Source: Macrostomum lignano (taxonomy: Eukaryota). Taken from it: a DNA stretch of 32,113 nucleotides. A program made the translations under genes and the position numbers. Below the pieces are notes generated by a model that was not told the origin of the DNA, did no database searches, and saw only the letters and a program-made list of their open reading frames with translations. How positions within the stretch are numbered: position 1 is the stretch's first letter; the number at the start of each line of letters is the position of its first letter. Location: assembly GCA_002269645.1 (NCBI GenBank), contig NIVC01004893.1, positions 1 through 32,113 of the forward strand, in the 5' to 3' direction. Below are positions 11,276 to 23,962 of this stretch, piece by piece.

Positions 11276-12424
11276 ACTTTTTTTGCAGCTCCATATCCTG
11301 CATATGGTAAAAGAATGTAGTTCATTTACGAGGCCTGCCCTACACAGGATTTGGTACTGAGGGGTTGCGAACAGGTTAGCTGTCCTTATCCGTCCTCTCT
11401 AAAACGGTTAGGAGAGAGAAGAAGAAAGGTAGATGTACACAGAGAGAGAAAGAAGAGCGGTCACGGCGTATTTAGTAAATAGGCTACCAGTTTCAAGCCT
11501 GTGGGCTCTTCGTCAGGCCAAAAAAGTGTGTGTGTGAGTGTGTGAATGTGTGTGTGTGTGTGTGTGTGTTGAAGTCTAAGAGAGACAAATAATTCATTAA
11601 ACATTTCGTCAGTCTGCGGGTGCAGAGCTTCGAGAATAGCACTACATATTGCTACTGATAGCTATTTATATTCTCCTGTCATCTTCAGTTCACATAAGAG
11701 AAAGAATTTCAAACACAATGGCCTCTAAAGAGCCTAATATGAATACGAGGCTCACATCTCAGTACTCGCAGTACCGAGTATTATCTAAAGGCAGTGTTTT
11801 TTTATTTTGAGAACTAAAACGCATAGGCACAACACGGGTTTGAGGGGTTTGGGGTTTTGTGGGGTTTACGCTGTGCAGCTTCTCTCTGTTCTGTATCCTT
11901 ACTAGGCAACCATCAGCAACCCCAAAACATTCTGTGCCACGTGTTGTCAAGCTACTGGCTTGGCCCTCAAACCTTAGCTTTAGCTATATTTTCATTCGGG
12001 CATTGAGATCGGCTATAGTCTAGAGCTGGTCTGCTTGCGTATCTGCGGTCGAGACACGTAGAGGTCGTTGTTTTTTCTGCTCTGATGTTTTCGCAGATTG
12101 GCCAGACTGAGATGGGCTGCAGCCGCATACAGGGCGGGTGGAGTATGTCTCACACTTCACTATTTACACTGCAGCTGCTTCATTTCTTAAAGGCTGCCGG
12201 AGCTTAAGAGAGATTTGAATAAATTCATTCATATTCGATTCGGTAAGTTAACTGCATTTTCATTAACTCGTAGTTCCGCTACATCTTGTTAGTCTGTGGG
12301 TTCAGCGCTATTAATATAATAAATAGCACTACATATTGGGTACTTTCATAAACCCAAACATGTCACATTTCCTAGGTCGAATTGCTATTCACAATCATCT
12401 AACTGACGTAACTATGTGAACGAA

Positions 12425-12831
12425 AAGCTTGGAGATTGTGAAGCTTGTGGATTTTCAAGCTTGGGGATTGTGAAGCTTGTGGATTGTGAAGCTTGGGGAT
12501 TGTGAGGCTTGAGGATTGTGAGACTTGGGGATTGTGAAGCTTGGGGATTGTGAGGCTTGGGGATTGAAGCTTGGGGATTGTGAAGCTTGGAGATTGTGAA
12601 GCTTGTGGATTTTCAAGCTTGGGGATTGTGAAGCTTGGGGATTGTGAGGCTTGGGGATTGTGAGGCTTGGGGATTGTGAAGCTTGGGGATTGTGAGGCTT
12701 GAGGATTGTGAGGCTTGAGGATTGTGAAGCTTGGGGATTGTGAAGCTTGGGGATTGTGAAGCTTGTGGATTGTGAAGCTTGGGGATTGTGAAGCTTGTGG
12801 ATTGTGAAGCTTGGGGATTCTGAGGCTTGGG
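12425..12831. repeat. 16-bp minisatellite (GATTGTGAAGCTTGGG) upstream of copy B
   Basis: About 25 copies. Confidence 0.92.
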
Positions 12832-13079
12832 CAACGTAAAGTAAATTCAGGGACTGTGAAATTTCAGCCAAATAAAGTAAGTAGATGGAATTTGAAATTT
12901 AAGGAAAGTTAAATTATAGGAAAATCTTTCTTTCTAATCTATGTAAATTTCATAACACTGTTGGATTTTTGTTAGAAATTGAAAGATTGCATTTTTCACT
13001 CATTTGAATTCTGAGATGTATAAGTTTGAATTTTCCTACCTAAATATGCTGCCTCCTACCCTGCCGTCAGTCCGCAGTG

Positions 13080-13487
13080 ATGCAGCCTCAAACAGTGCAC
13101 CCGGTGACCTCACAGCCGCAGGCGTACCCGATTGCTGTGGTTGGCCAGCAGCCGCCGCAGCAGCGCCAGTGGAATTCCGGCGTGTGCGGCTGCTTTGAAG
13201 ACATCTGCGGCTGCTGCCTGACCTACTGGTGCGGCCCCTGCGAGCTCTGCTGCTGCATCTCGGATCGTATGGGCGAGCAGTGCTGCACCCCGATCTGTCT
13301 GGGCTGCCTGGGCAGCTCCGTGACTCTCATCGCCTACCGAGTGAAGCTGAGGGCCAGATACAACATCCGGGGCAGCATCATAAGCGACTGTTGCACCACT
13401 GTGTTCTGCGGCAGCTGCGTGCAGTGCCAGATCAAGAGGGAGATGGATTACATTGAGAACCAGCTGGGCTGCAAGCCGGCTTTTTGA
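13080..13487 (+). CDS. PLAC8: PLAC8/cornifelin-family protein, copy B (135 aa)
   Basis: Intact ORF with the same motifs as copy A, a shorter N-terminus and 20 Cys. Family-level call. Confidence 0.92.
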   Translation: MQPQTVHPVTSQPQAYPIAVVGQQPPQQRQWNSGVCGCFEDICGCCLTYWCGPCELCCCISDRMGEQCCTPICLGCLGSSVTLIAYRVKLRARYNIRGSIISDCCTTVFCGSCVQCQIKREMDYIENQLGCKPAF

Positions 13488-13525
13488 GAACTCCTTGGAT
13501 AAAAACTCATTGACGACTGTGGGTT

Positions 13526-14329
13526 GTCTATGGTAGGGAAGTGTAGCGTGTCTACTGTCTATGGTAGGGAGCTACTGGTGTTTATGGTAGGGAGCTACTG
13601 GTGTCTATGGTAGGGAGCTACTGGTGTTTATGGTAGGGAGCTACTGGTGTCTATGGTAGGGAGCTACTGGTGTCTATGGTAGGGAGCTACTGGTGTCTAT
13701 GGTAGGGAGCTACTGGTGTCTATGGTAGGGAGCTGCTGGTGTCTATGGTAGAGAGCTGCGGGTGTCTATGGTAGGGAGCTACTGGTGTTTATGGTAGGGA
13801 GCTACTGGTGTCTATGGTAGGGAGCTACTGGTGTCTATGGTAGGGAGCTACTGGTGTCTATGGTAGGGAGCTGCTGGTGTCTATGGTAGAGAGCTGCGGG
13901 TGTCTATGGTAGGGAGCTACTGGTGTCTATGGTAGGGAGCTACTGGTGTCTATGGTAGGGAGCTACTGGTGTCTATGGTAGGGAGCTGCTGGTGTCTATG
14001 GTAGAGAGCTGCGGGTGTCTATGGTAGGGAGCTACTGGTGTCTATGGTAGGGAGCTACTGGTGTCTATGGTAGGGAGCTACTGGTGTCTATGGTAGGGAG
14101 CTACTGGTGTTTATGGTAGGGAGCTACTGGTGTTTATGGTAGGGAGCTACTGGTGTCTATGGTAGGGAGCTGCTGGTGTCTATGGTAGGGAGCTACTGGT
14201 GTCTATGGTAGGGAGCTGCTGGTGTCTATGGTAGGGAGCTACTGGTGTTTATGGTAGGGAGCTACTGGTGTTTATGGTAGGGAGCTACTGGTGTCTATGG
14301 TAGGGAGCTGTGGGGTGTCTATGGTAGAG
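13526..14329. repeat. 23-bp minisatellite downstream of copy B, starting with a C-type 31-bp unit
   Basis: About 33 copies of the A-type unit after one gtagcgtgtctact-containing unit. Confidence 0.92.
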
Positions 14330-14826
14330 ATTTCATCTATGTGAATTTTAATTTTGCATCCCGTGAAGTGAAAGCTATTGCTCTCGAAACTATTTAATAT
14401 TGATGTCGTTCCCTTGATACTACTAACAGCTATATGTTCTTAACGCTGTCACCTTCATGTAAGTTAAGATAGAGTTTAGTAATTTTTTTATACATGTGCA
14501 CGAAACATTTCTTCTTAACTTGTATACTATCTTGCCTTTATCTGAAATTGTTTATCGAAAACTCTCCCTTCTTTGAAACCGGATCTAAACGTCATTTGTT
14601 TAATACCTTTCAAGCTACAAAGCAACTCTTTAAATTTGAAGGAATACTTTTTCTAATTTTCTACTTTCTCTTCTATCGTAATACAAGATAAAAAGGAATT
14701 GATATTCAACTTTAAGTTATTCTTTTAATTCAGCAAGTAAAGCACAATAAAACGCACTATCTGAGCATATTTCCACCTAATACTGAATGTCGAATATTTT
14801 TTTTTTCAGCTACAAGTATTCCGTTC

Positions 14827-15089
14827 GAGACTGAGGTGTGGGGTTCGGGACTGAGGTGTGGGGTTCGGGACTGAGGTGTGGGGTTCGGGACTGAGGTTTC
14901 GGATTAGGTACTGAGGGTTGGGATTCGGTACTGAGGTTTCGGATTTGGTACTGAGGGGTGAGATTCGGTACTGAGGGGTGAAATTCGGGACTGGGGTGTG
15001 GGAATCGGGACTAAGGTGTGGGAATCGGGACTGGGGTGTGGGAATCGGGACTGGGGTGTGCGAATCGGGACTGAGGTGTGGGATTTGGT
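14827..15089. repeat. 20-bp G-rich minisatellite, unit 2
   Basis: Copy of 11014-11275; one substitution seen. Confidence 0.88.
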
Positions 15090-16240
15090 ACTTTTTTTGC
15101 AGCTCCATATCCTGCATATGGTAAAAGAATGTAGTTCATTTACGAGGCCTGCCCTACACAGGATTTGGTACTGAGGGGTTGCGAACAGGTTAGCTGTCCT
15201 TATCCGTCCTCTCTAAAACGGTTAGGAGAGAGAAGAAGAAAGGTAGATGTACACAGAGAGAGAAAGAAGAGCGGTCACGGCGTATTTAGTAAATAGGCTA
15301 CCAGTTTCAAGCCTGTGGGCTCTTCGTCAGGCCAAAAAAGTGTGTGTGTGAGTGTGTGAATGTGTGTGTGTGTGTGTGTGTTGAAGTCTAAGAGAGACAA
15401 ATAATTCATTAAACATTTCGTCAGTCTGCGGGTGCAGAGCTTCGAGAATAGCACTACATATTGCTACTGATAGCTATTTATATTCTCCTGTCATCTTCAG
15501 TTCACATAAGAGAAAGAATTTCAAACACAATGGCCTCTAAAGAGCCTAATATGAATACGAGGCTCACATCTCAGTACTCGCAGTACCGAGTATTATCTAA
15601 AGGCAGTGTTTTTTTATTTTGAGAACTAAAACGCATAGGCACAACACGGGTTTGAGGGGTTTGGGGTTTTGTGGGGTTTACGCTGTGCAGCTTCTCTCTG
15701 TTCTGTATCCTTACTAGGCAACCATCAGCAACCCCAAAACATTCTGTGCCACGTGTTGTCAAGCTACTGGCTTGGCCCTCAAACCTTAGCTTTAGCTATA
15801 TTTTCATTCGGGCATTGAGATCGGCTATAGTCTAGAGCTGGTCTGCTTGCGTAGCTGCGGTCGAGACGCGTAGAGGTCGTTGTTTTTTCTGCTCTGATGT
15901 TTTCGCAGATTGGCCAGACTGAGATGGGCTGCAGCCGCATACAGGGCGGGTGGAGTATGTCTCATACTTGACTATTTACACTGCAGCTGCTTCATTTCTT
16001 AAAGGCTGCCGGAGCTTAAGAGAGATTTGAATAAATTCATTCATATTCGATTCGGTAAGTTAACTGCATTTTAATAAACTCGTAGTTCCGGTACATCTTG
16101 TTAGTCTGTGGGTTCAGCGCTATTAATATAATAAATAGCACTACATATTGGGTACTTTCATAAACCCGAACATGTCAAATTTCCTAGGTCGAATTGCTAT
16201 TCACAATCATCTAACTCACGTAACTATGTGAACGAAAATC

Positions 16241-16517
16241 TTGGAGATTGTGAAGCTTGTGGATTTTCAAGCTTGGGGATTGTGAAGCTTGTGGATTGTG
16301 AAGCTTGGGGATTGTGAGGCTTGGGGATTGTGAAGCTTGGGGATTGTGAGGCTTGGGGATTGTGAGGCTTGGGGATTGTGAGGCTTGGGGATTGTGAGGC
16401 TTGAGGATTGTGAGGCTTGGGGATTGTGAAGCTTGGGGATTGTGAGGCTTGGGGATTGTGAAGCTTGGGGATTGTGAAGCTTGTGGATTGTGAAGCTTGG
16501 GGATTCTGAGGCTTGGG
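16241..16517. repeat. 16-bp minisatellite upstream of copy C
   Basis: About 17 copies, roughly 8 fewer than the paralogous array before B. Confidence 0.9.
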
Positions 16518-16765
16518 CAACGTATAGTAAATTCAGGGACTGTGAAATTTCAGCCAAATAAAGTAAGTAGATGGAATTTTAAATTTAAGGAAAGTTAAAT
16601 TATAGGAAAATCTTTCTTTCTAATCTATGTAAATTTCATAACACTGTTGGATTTTTGTTAGAAATTGAAAGATTGCATTCTTCACTCATTTGAATTCTGA
16701 GATGTATAAATTTGAATTTTCCTACCTAAATATACTGCCTCCTACCCTGCCGTCAGTCCGCAGTG

Positions 16766-17173
16766 ATGCAGCCTCAAACAGTGCACCCGGTGACCTCACA
16801 GCCGCAGGCGTACCCGATTGCTGTGGTTGGCCAGCAGCCGCCGCAGCAGCGCCAGTGGAATTCCGGCGTGTGCGGCTGCTTTGAAGACATCTGCGGCTGC
16901 TGCCTGACCTACTGGTGCGGCCCCTGCGAGCTCTGCTGCTGCATCTCGGAGCGCATGGGTGAGCAGTGTTGCACCCCGATCTGTCTGGGCTGCCTGGGCA
17001 GCTCCGTGACTCTCATCGCCTACCGAGTGAAGCTGAGGGCCAGGTACAACATCCAGGGCAGCATCATAAGCGACTGTTGCACCACTGTGTTCTGCGGCAG
17101 CTGCGTGCAGTGCCAGATCAAGAGGGAGCTGGATTACATTGAGAACCAGCTGGGCTGCAAGCCGGTTTTTTGA
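16766..17173 (+). CDS. PLAC8: PLAC8/cornifelin-family protein, copy C (135 aa)
   Basis: Intact ORF; 8 nt and 4 aa differences from copy B by manual comparison. Family-level call. Confidence 0.92.
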   Translation: MQPQTVHPVTSQPQAYPIAVVGQQPPQQRQWNSGVCGCFEDICGCCLTYWCGPCELCCCISERMGEQCCTPICLGCLGSSVTLIAYRVKLRARYNIQGSIISDCCTTVFCGSCVQCQIKRELDYIENQLGCKPVF

Positions 17174-17210
17174 GAACTCCTTGGATAAAAACTCCTTGAC
17201 GACTGTGGGT

Positions 17211-17502
17211 TGTCTATGGTAGGGAGCTGTAGCGTGTCTACTGTCTATGGTAGGGAGCTGTGGAGTGTCTAATGTCTATGGTAGGGAGCTGTGGAGTGTC
17301 TACTGTCTATGGTAAGGAGCTGTGGAGTGTCTACTGTCTATGGTAGGGAGCTGTGGAGTGTCTACTGTCTATGGTAGGGAGCTGTGGAGTGTCTACTGTC
17401 TATGGTAGGGAGCTGTAGCGTGTCTACTGTCTATGGTAGGGAGCTGTAGCGTATCTACTGTCTATGGTAGGGAGCTGTAGCGTGTCTACTGTCTATGGTA
17501 GG
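17211..17502. repeat. 31-bp minisatellite (ACTGTCTATGGTAGGGAGCTGTGGAGTGTCT) downstream of copy C
   Basis: Period 31 (agggagctg at 17221 and 17252); about 9 copies, degenerate to about 17600. Confidence 0.9.
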
Positions 17503-18122
17503 TAGAAGTGGGTTGTCTATGGTAGGGAGCCGTGGGTAGTCTATGATAGGGTAGATGTTGGGTGTCTATTTTATTGAGCTGTAGGTAGTTTATGCAATGG
17601 AAACGACTTTTATGTCTAGGATAAGGAGATATGTGGGCTGTCTAGTGGTGAGCTGTACGTGGGTGGGGTGTCGATGGCAGTAAACACCTTGACCTTTTTA
17701 TTGCATCCGGCAAAAAGTTGACTCTATTGCAAGAACAAAAATTCTCAGATATATCATTACACTCTAAACTCTGTTTAAGATTGACGTGCTTCACTTGATA
17801 CTACTATAATAGCTATATGCAGTGAAAATTTTCTTTTTCATTTGTATTCTGTCAGCAGGTCTTTATCTACGATGTCCTTATCTACGTAAAACACTTAATC
17901 AAAAGCTCTCCCTTCTTAATTTTATTTTTAACACTTTTCAAGCAAAAGCAACTTTTAATTATAGTTTCACCGTAAAGAATAAAATAAAATGTATCCTAAA
18001 CATTAAATATTTAGACCAGCAAGAAAAGCACATAAAAAAATTCATTTAGCTTTTTTCACTTAACTGTATGTCTAATACTGTGTTCATTGTTATTTTTCTT
18101 TTAGCTACAAAAATGCGGTTCG

Positions 18123-18419
18123 AGACTGGACTGTGGGTTCCGGACTGAGGTTTGGGGTTCGTGACTGAGGTGTGGGGTTTGTGACTGAGGTGTGGGGTTC
18201 GGGACTGAGGTGTGGGGTTCCGGACTGAGGTTTGGGGTTCGTGACTGAGGTGTGGGGTTCGTGACTGAGGTGTGGGGTTCGGGACTGAGGTGTGGGGTTC
18301 GTGACTGAGGTGTGGGAATCGGGACTGAGGTGTGGGGTTCATGACTGAGGTGTGGGGTTCGTGACTGAGGTGTGGGGTTCGTGACTGAGGTGTGGGGTTC
18401 GTGACAGAGGTGTGGGGTC
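18123..18419. repeat. 20-bp G-rich minisatellite (GTGACTGAGGTGTGGGGTTC) after copy C
   Basis: About 15 copies. Confidence 0.9.
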
Positions 18420-18815
18420 AGAGAAGTGTACAGTTCGATGGCACGCAATGTTGTCTTTTGAGTGGCTGATGCGAGTAACAAATGGTGAAACAAATAATAG
18501 ACAAGTTAATTGCGCAACGCGAGCAGATGTGCAGATTATTCGGGAGAAACCGTTTCACCAAACCAATAATAAAATATATCTTCAAATGGGAATGGCGCTG
18601 GGGACTACGCAATGTAGGATCTTCGGAGACAGCTATAACTGGAGGAAATAACGCTACAAAAATAATTATAAATCATAATTCAGCAAGCCTCCAACCTCAG
18701 GCAACTGCAGTTGAGTAATTTACAACAATTCGAACAGGTTAGCTGCTCTAATCTGTCCTCTCTGAAGCGGTTAGTAGAGAGAAGAAAAATAGAGAGATAA
18801 CCGAGTCAGATAACC

Positions 18816-19887
<1,072 letters not shown>

Positions 19888-20675
19888 CCTCTAATCCCGA
19901 AGGCGCTGACACAGCAAAGCAACAAGACAAACAAAAAAGTTAAGAAGTGTTAGTTGCCGATATTTCGAATTCGAGTAATATCTCGTACTTCCATTTTTAT
20001 AGCAGCGCAGAAAATCGTTGGATAGAGAACTCATGCAGAGAGATTTTTAATAATTCATTCAACATTTCTGTCTGTCTGCGGGTTCAGCGCTCCTAGAATA
20101 GCATTACATATTGCTACTAAAAGCTATTTATATTCTTTTGTCATCTTCTGCTCACATGACCGAAAGACTTTTAAACACCAACACTCGCCTCGAAAAGCCC
20201 CTATTGTGAATGCGAGGCTCACATCTCAAAACTCGCAGTATTATCAAAGGCAGCGCTTTTTACTGCCAACTAAAACGCAAGCTCGGACCACGAACCTTAG
20301 CTTTTGTTATTGTCCTTTGGGCATTGAGATCGGCTATAGTCTAGAGCTGGTCTGCTTGAGGTCCTTGTTTTCTGCTGTTTTTCCGGATTGGCCAGACTAA
20401 GGTGGGCTGCAGCCGCATACTCGTGTTTTCATTTTTAAAAGGCTGCCGAAGCTTAAGAAACTTGAATTATTTCAATCATATTCGATTCGGTAAGTTAACT
20501 GCCTTTTCTTTAGCTCGTAGTTTAGGTAGTTTAGCTCTTTTAGAGTTGCAATACATACATGTACCGGTATTGGGTACTTTCATAATCCCAAAAATATTCG
20601 AATATAACACTTCCTAAGTCGTCTAGCTATTCAAAATCATCTCACTGACGTACCCTAACATGAACGAAGATTGAA

Positions 20676-21249
20676 GATTGTGAAGCTTGGCGATTGCGAA
20701 GCTTGTGGATTGTGAAGCTTGGGGATTGTGAAGCTTATGGATTTTGAGGCTTGAGGATTGTGAAGCTTGTGGATTTTCAAGCTTGGGGATTGTGAAGCTT
20801 GGGGATTGTTAAGCTTATGGATTTTGAGGCTTGAGGATTGTGAAGCTTGTGGATTTTCAAGCTTGGGGATTTTGAAGCTTGGGGATTGTGAAGATTGGGG
20901 ATTGTGAAGCTTGGGGATTGTGAAGCTGGGGGATTGTGAAGCTTGGGGATTGTGAAGCTTGGGGAGTGTGAAGCTTGGGGATTGTGAAGCTTGGGGATTG
21001 TGAAGCTGGGGGATTGTGAAGCTTGGGGAGTGTGAAGCTTGGGGATTGTGAAGCTTGGGGATTGTGAAGCTTGGGGATTGTGAAGCTTGGGGATTGTGAA
21101 GCTGGGGGATTGTGAAGATTGGGGATTGTGAAGCTTGAGGATAGTGTAACTTGGAGGTTGTGAAGCTTGGGGATTGTGAAGCTTGGGGATTGTGAAGCTT
21201 GGGGATTGTGAAGCTGGGGGATTGTGAAGATTGGGGATTGTGAAGCTTA
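20676..21249. repeat. 16-bp minisatellite upstream of copy D
   Basis: About 35 copies of gattgtgaagcttggg. Confidence 0.92.
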
Positions 21250-21576
21250 TGTTAAATTACGTTACATTAGGCGCGCAGCCCAGCCCTACCATTAAATAAA
21301 CCTTCTGCTCTGCCAGCGCTCGCAATTAGCGCTACATCAGAGATTGTGAAATTTGAGCAATTAAAAATTCAATTAAAGATTCAGTTGGAAATTTAATGAA
21401 AGTTGAATTATAGAAAAATCTGTCTTTCTAATCTATGTAAATTTCATAACACTGTTGGATCTTTATTAGAAACTGAGCGATTGCATTCTTCACCTTGACT
21501 TCCGAACCGATTAGATTTATAAATTGATTTTACAACCTAAATATGCTGCCTCCTACCCGGCTGTCAGTTCGCAGAG

Positions 21577-22074
21577 ATGCAGCCTCAAACGGTGTACACG
21601 GTGATGTCCCAGCCGCAGCCGTACCCGTCTGCGTTTGTTGGCCAGGAGCCGTTGCCACAGCATCCGCCGCAGCCGTACCCGTCTGCGGTTGTTGGCAAGC
21701 AGCCGAGGCCACAGCATCCGCCGCAGCAGTGCCAGTCGAACTCCGACCAGTGCAGTTGCTTTGATGACGACTGCAACTGCTGCCTGACCGATTGCGGCTT
21801 CTGCGAGCTCTGCTGCTGCATCTCGGATTGTATGGATTAATAGTGCTGCACCCCGATCTGTCTTGACTGCCTCGGCAGCTCAGTGACTCTCATCGAAAAA
21901 CTCAGAAAAAAAACGAAAAACTGTTATCGTGTAACCCAGGTACAATATCCAAGGCAGCATCATAAACGACTGTTGCACCACTGTGTTCTGCGCCAGCTGC
22001 GTGCAGTGTCAGATCAAGAGGGAGATGGATTACATTGAGAACCATGAAGTTGGGCTGCAAGCCGGCTTTTTTGA
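21577..22074 (+). pseudogene. PLAC8-family copy D, truncated (87-aa ORF, then TAA TAG; 3' half disrupted)
   Basis: Homologous to A-C. Stops at 21838-21843 replace E-Q; an A-rich 40-bp tract at 21896-21935 replaces 21 bp; a further indel lies near 22044-22052. Confidence 0.85.
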
Positions 22075-22111
22075 GAAATCGCTGGATAAAAACTCATTGA
22101 CGACTGTGGGT

Positions 22112-23602
22112 TGTCTATGGTAGGGAGCTGTTGGGTGTCTATGGTATGGAGCTGTTGGGTGTCTATGGTAGGAGAGCTGTTGGGTGTCTATGGTAGGGAG
22201 CTGTTGGGTGTCTATGGTATGGAGCTGTTGGGTGTCTATGGTAGGGAGCTGTTGGGTGTCTATGGTAGGGAGCTGTTGAGTGTCTATGGTATGGAGCTGT
22301 TGGGTGTCTATGGTAGGGCTGTTGAGTGTCTATGGTATGGAGCTGTTGGGTGTCTATGGTAGGGAGCTGTTGAGTGTCTATGGTAGGGAGCTGTTGGGTG
22401 TCTATGGTAGGGAGCTGTTGGGTGTCTATGGTATGGAGCTGTTGGGTGTCTATGGTAGGGAGCTGTTGGGTGTCTATGGTAGGGAGCTGTTGGGTGTCTA
22501 TGGTAGGAGCTGTTGGTGTCTATGGTAGGGAGCTGTTGGGTGTCTATGGTAGGGAGCTGTTGGGTGTCTATGGTAGGGAGCTGTTGGGTGTCTATGGTAG
22601 GGAGCTGTTGGGTGTCTATGGTAGGGAGCTGTTGGGTGTCTATGGTAGGGAGCTGTTGGGTGTCTATGGTAACGAGCTGTTGGGTGTCTATGGTAGGGAG
22701 CTGTTGGGTGTCTATGGTAGGGAGCTGTTGGCTGTCTATGGTAGGGAGCTGTTGGGTGTCTATGGTAGGGAGCTGTTGAGTGTCTATGGTATGGAGCTGT
22801 TGGCTGTCTATGGTAGGGAGCTGTTGGGTGTCTATGGTAGGGAGCTGTTGGGTGTCTATGGTAGGGAGCTGTTGGGTGTCTATGGTAGGGAGCTGTTGGG
22901 TGTCTATGGTAGGGAGCTGTTGGGTGTCTATGGTAACGAGCTGTTGGGTGTCTATGGTAGGGAGCTGTTGGGTGTCTATGGTAGGGAGCTGTTGGGGTCT
23001 ATGGTAGGGAGCTGTTGGGTGTCTATGGTAGGGAGCTGTTGGGTGTCTATGGTAGGGAGCTGTTGGGTGTCTATGGTAGGGAGCTGTTGGCTGTCTATGG
23101 TAGGGAGCTGTTGGGTGTCTATGGTAGGGAGCTGTTGGCTGTCTATGGTAGGGAGCTGTTGGGTGTCTATGGTAGGGAGCTGTTGGGTGTCTATGATAGG
23201 GAGCTGTTGGGTGTCTATGGTAGGGAGCTGTTGGGTGTCTATGGTAGGGAGCTGTTGGGTGTCTATGGTAACGAGCTGTTGAGTGTCTATGGTAGGGAGC
23301 TGTTGAGTGTCTATGGTAGGAGCTGTTGGCTGTCTATGGTAGGGAGCTGTTGGCTGTCTATGGTAGGGAGCTGTTGGTGTCTATGGTAGGGAGCTGTTGG
23401 GTGTCTATGATAGGGAGCTGTTGGGTGTCTATGGTAGGGAGCTGTTGGGTGTCTATGGTAGGGAGCTGTTGGGTGTCTATGGTAACGAGCTGTTGAGTGT
23501 CTATGGTAGGGAGCTGTTGAGTGTCTATGGTAGGGAGCTGTTGAGTGTCTATGGTAGGGAGCTGTTGAGTGTCTATGGTAGATAGACGTGGGGTGTCTAT
23601 AG
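22112..23602. repeat. 24-bp minisatellite (GGTGTCTATGGTAGGGAGCTGTTG) downstream of copy D
   Basis: About 62 copies; source of the GVYGRELL pseudo-ORFs. Confidence 0.95.
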
Positions 23603-23962
23603 TAGGCTGCGCAGAAAAGTTTCTTGTTTATTTGTATTCTTTCTGGCTTTATCTACAGTGAGGTCCTTATCCAAGTAAAATACTTATCAAAAGCTCTCCC
23701 CTCTGAAACCCGATCTAAATTTTATTACTTACTTATTTATCAACTATTTACTTTACAAGGTAAACAGCAATTGTTTAAGTTTTAACGCATGTTTTTAATT
23801 GTCTTATTGTAAAAGATAAAAAAAATTGATCTTAAACATTATTTTAGAAGAAAAGCACATAAAACATATATTTTAGTTTTTTTCACCTGACTGAATGTCT
23901 AATATTGCGTTCATAGTTTATTTCTCCTTTATCTACAAATATGCGGTTCGAGGTGACTGTGG

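Larger units (their letters stand above)
9944..13573 (+). repeat. recent tandem segmental duplication, unit 1 (~3.6 kb, contains PLAC8 copy B)
   Basis: Near-identical to 13574-17259. Identical ORFs recur at offsets 3814, 3812 and 3686; the offset differences come from repeat copy number. Confidence 0.9.
13574..17259 (+). repeat. recent tandem segmental duplication, unit 2 (~3.7 kb, contains PLAC8 copy C)
   Basis: Near-identical to 9944-13573. Confidence 0.9.

Noticed and set aside
10680-11950. 65-aa, 103-aa and 63-aa ORFs repeated almost identically at 14494, 14806 and 15571
   Set aside because: The identity reflects the recent duplication. Homologous spacers after C, D and E do not keep these frames, and one is a minisatellite translation.
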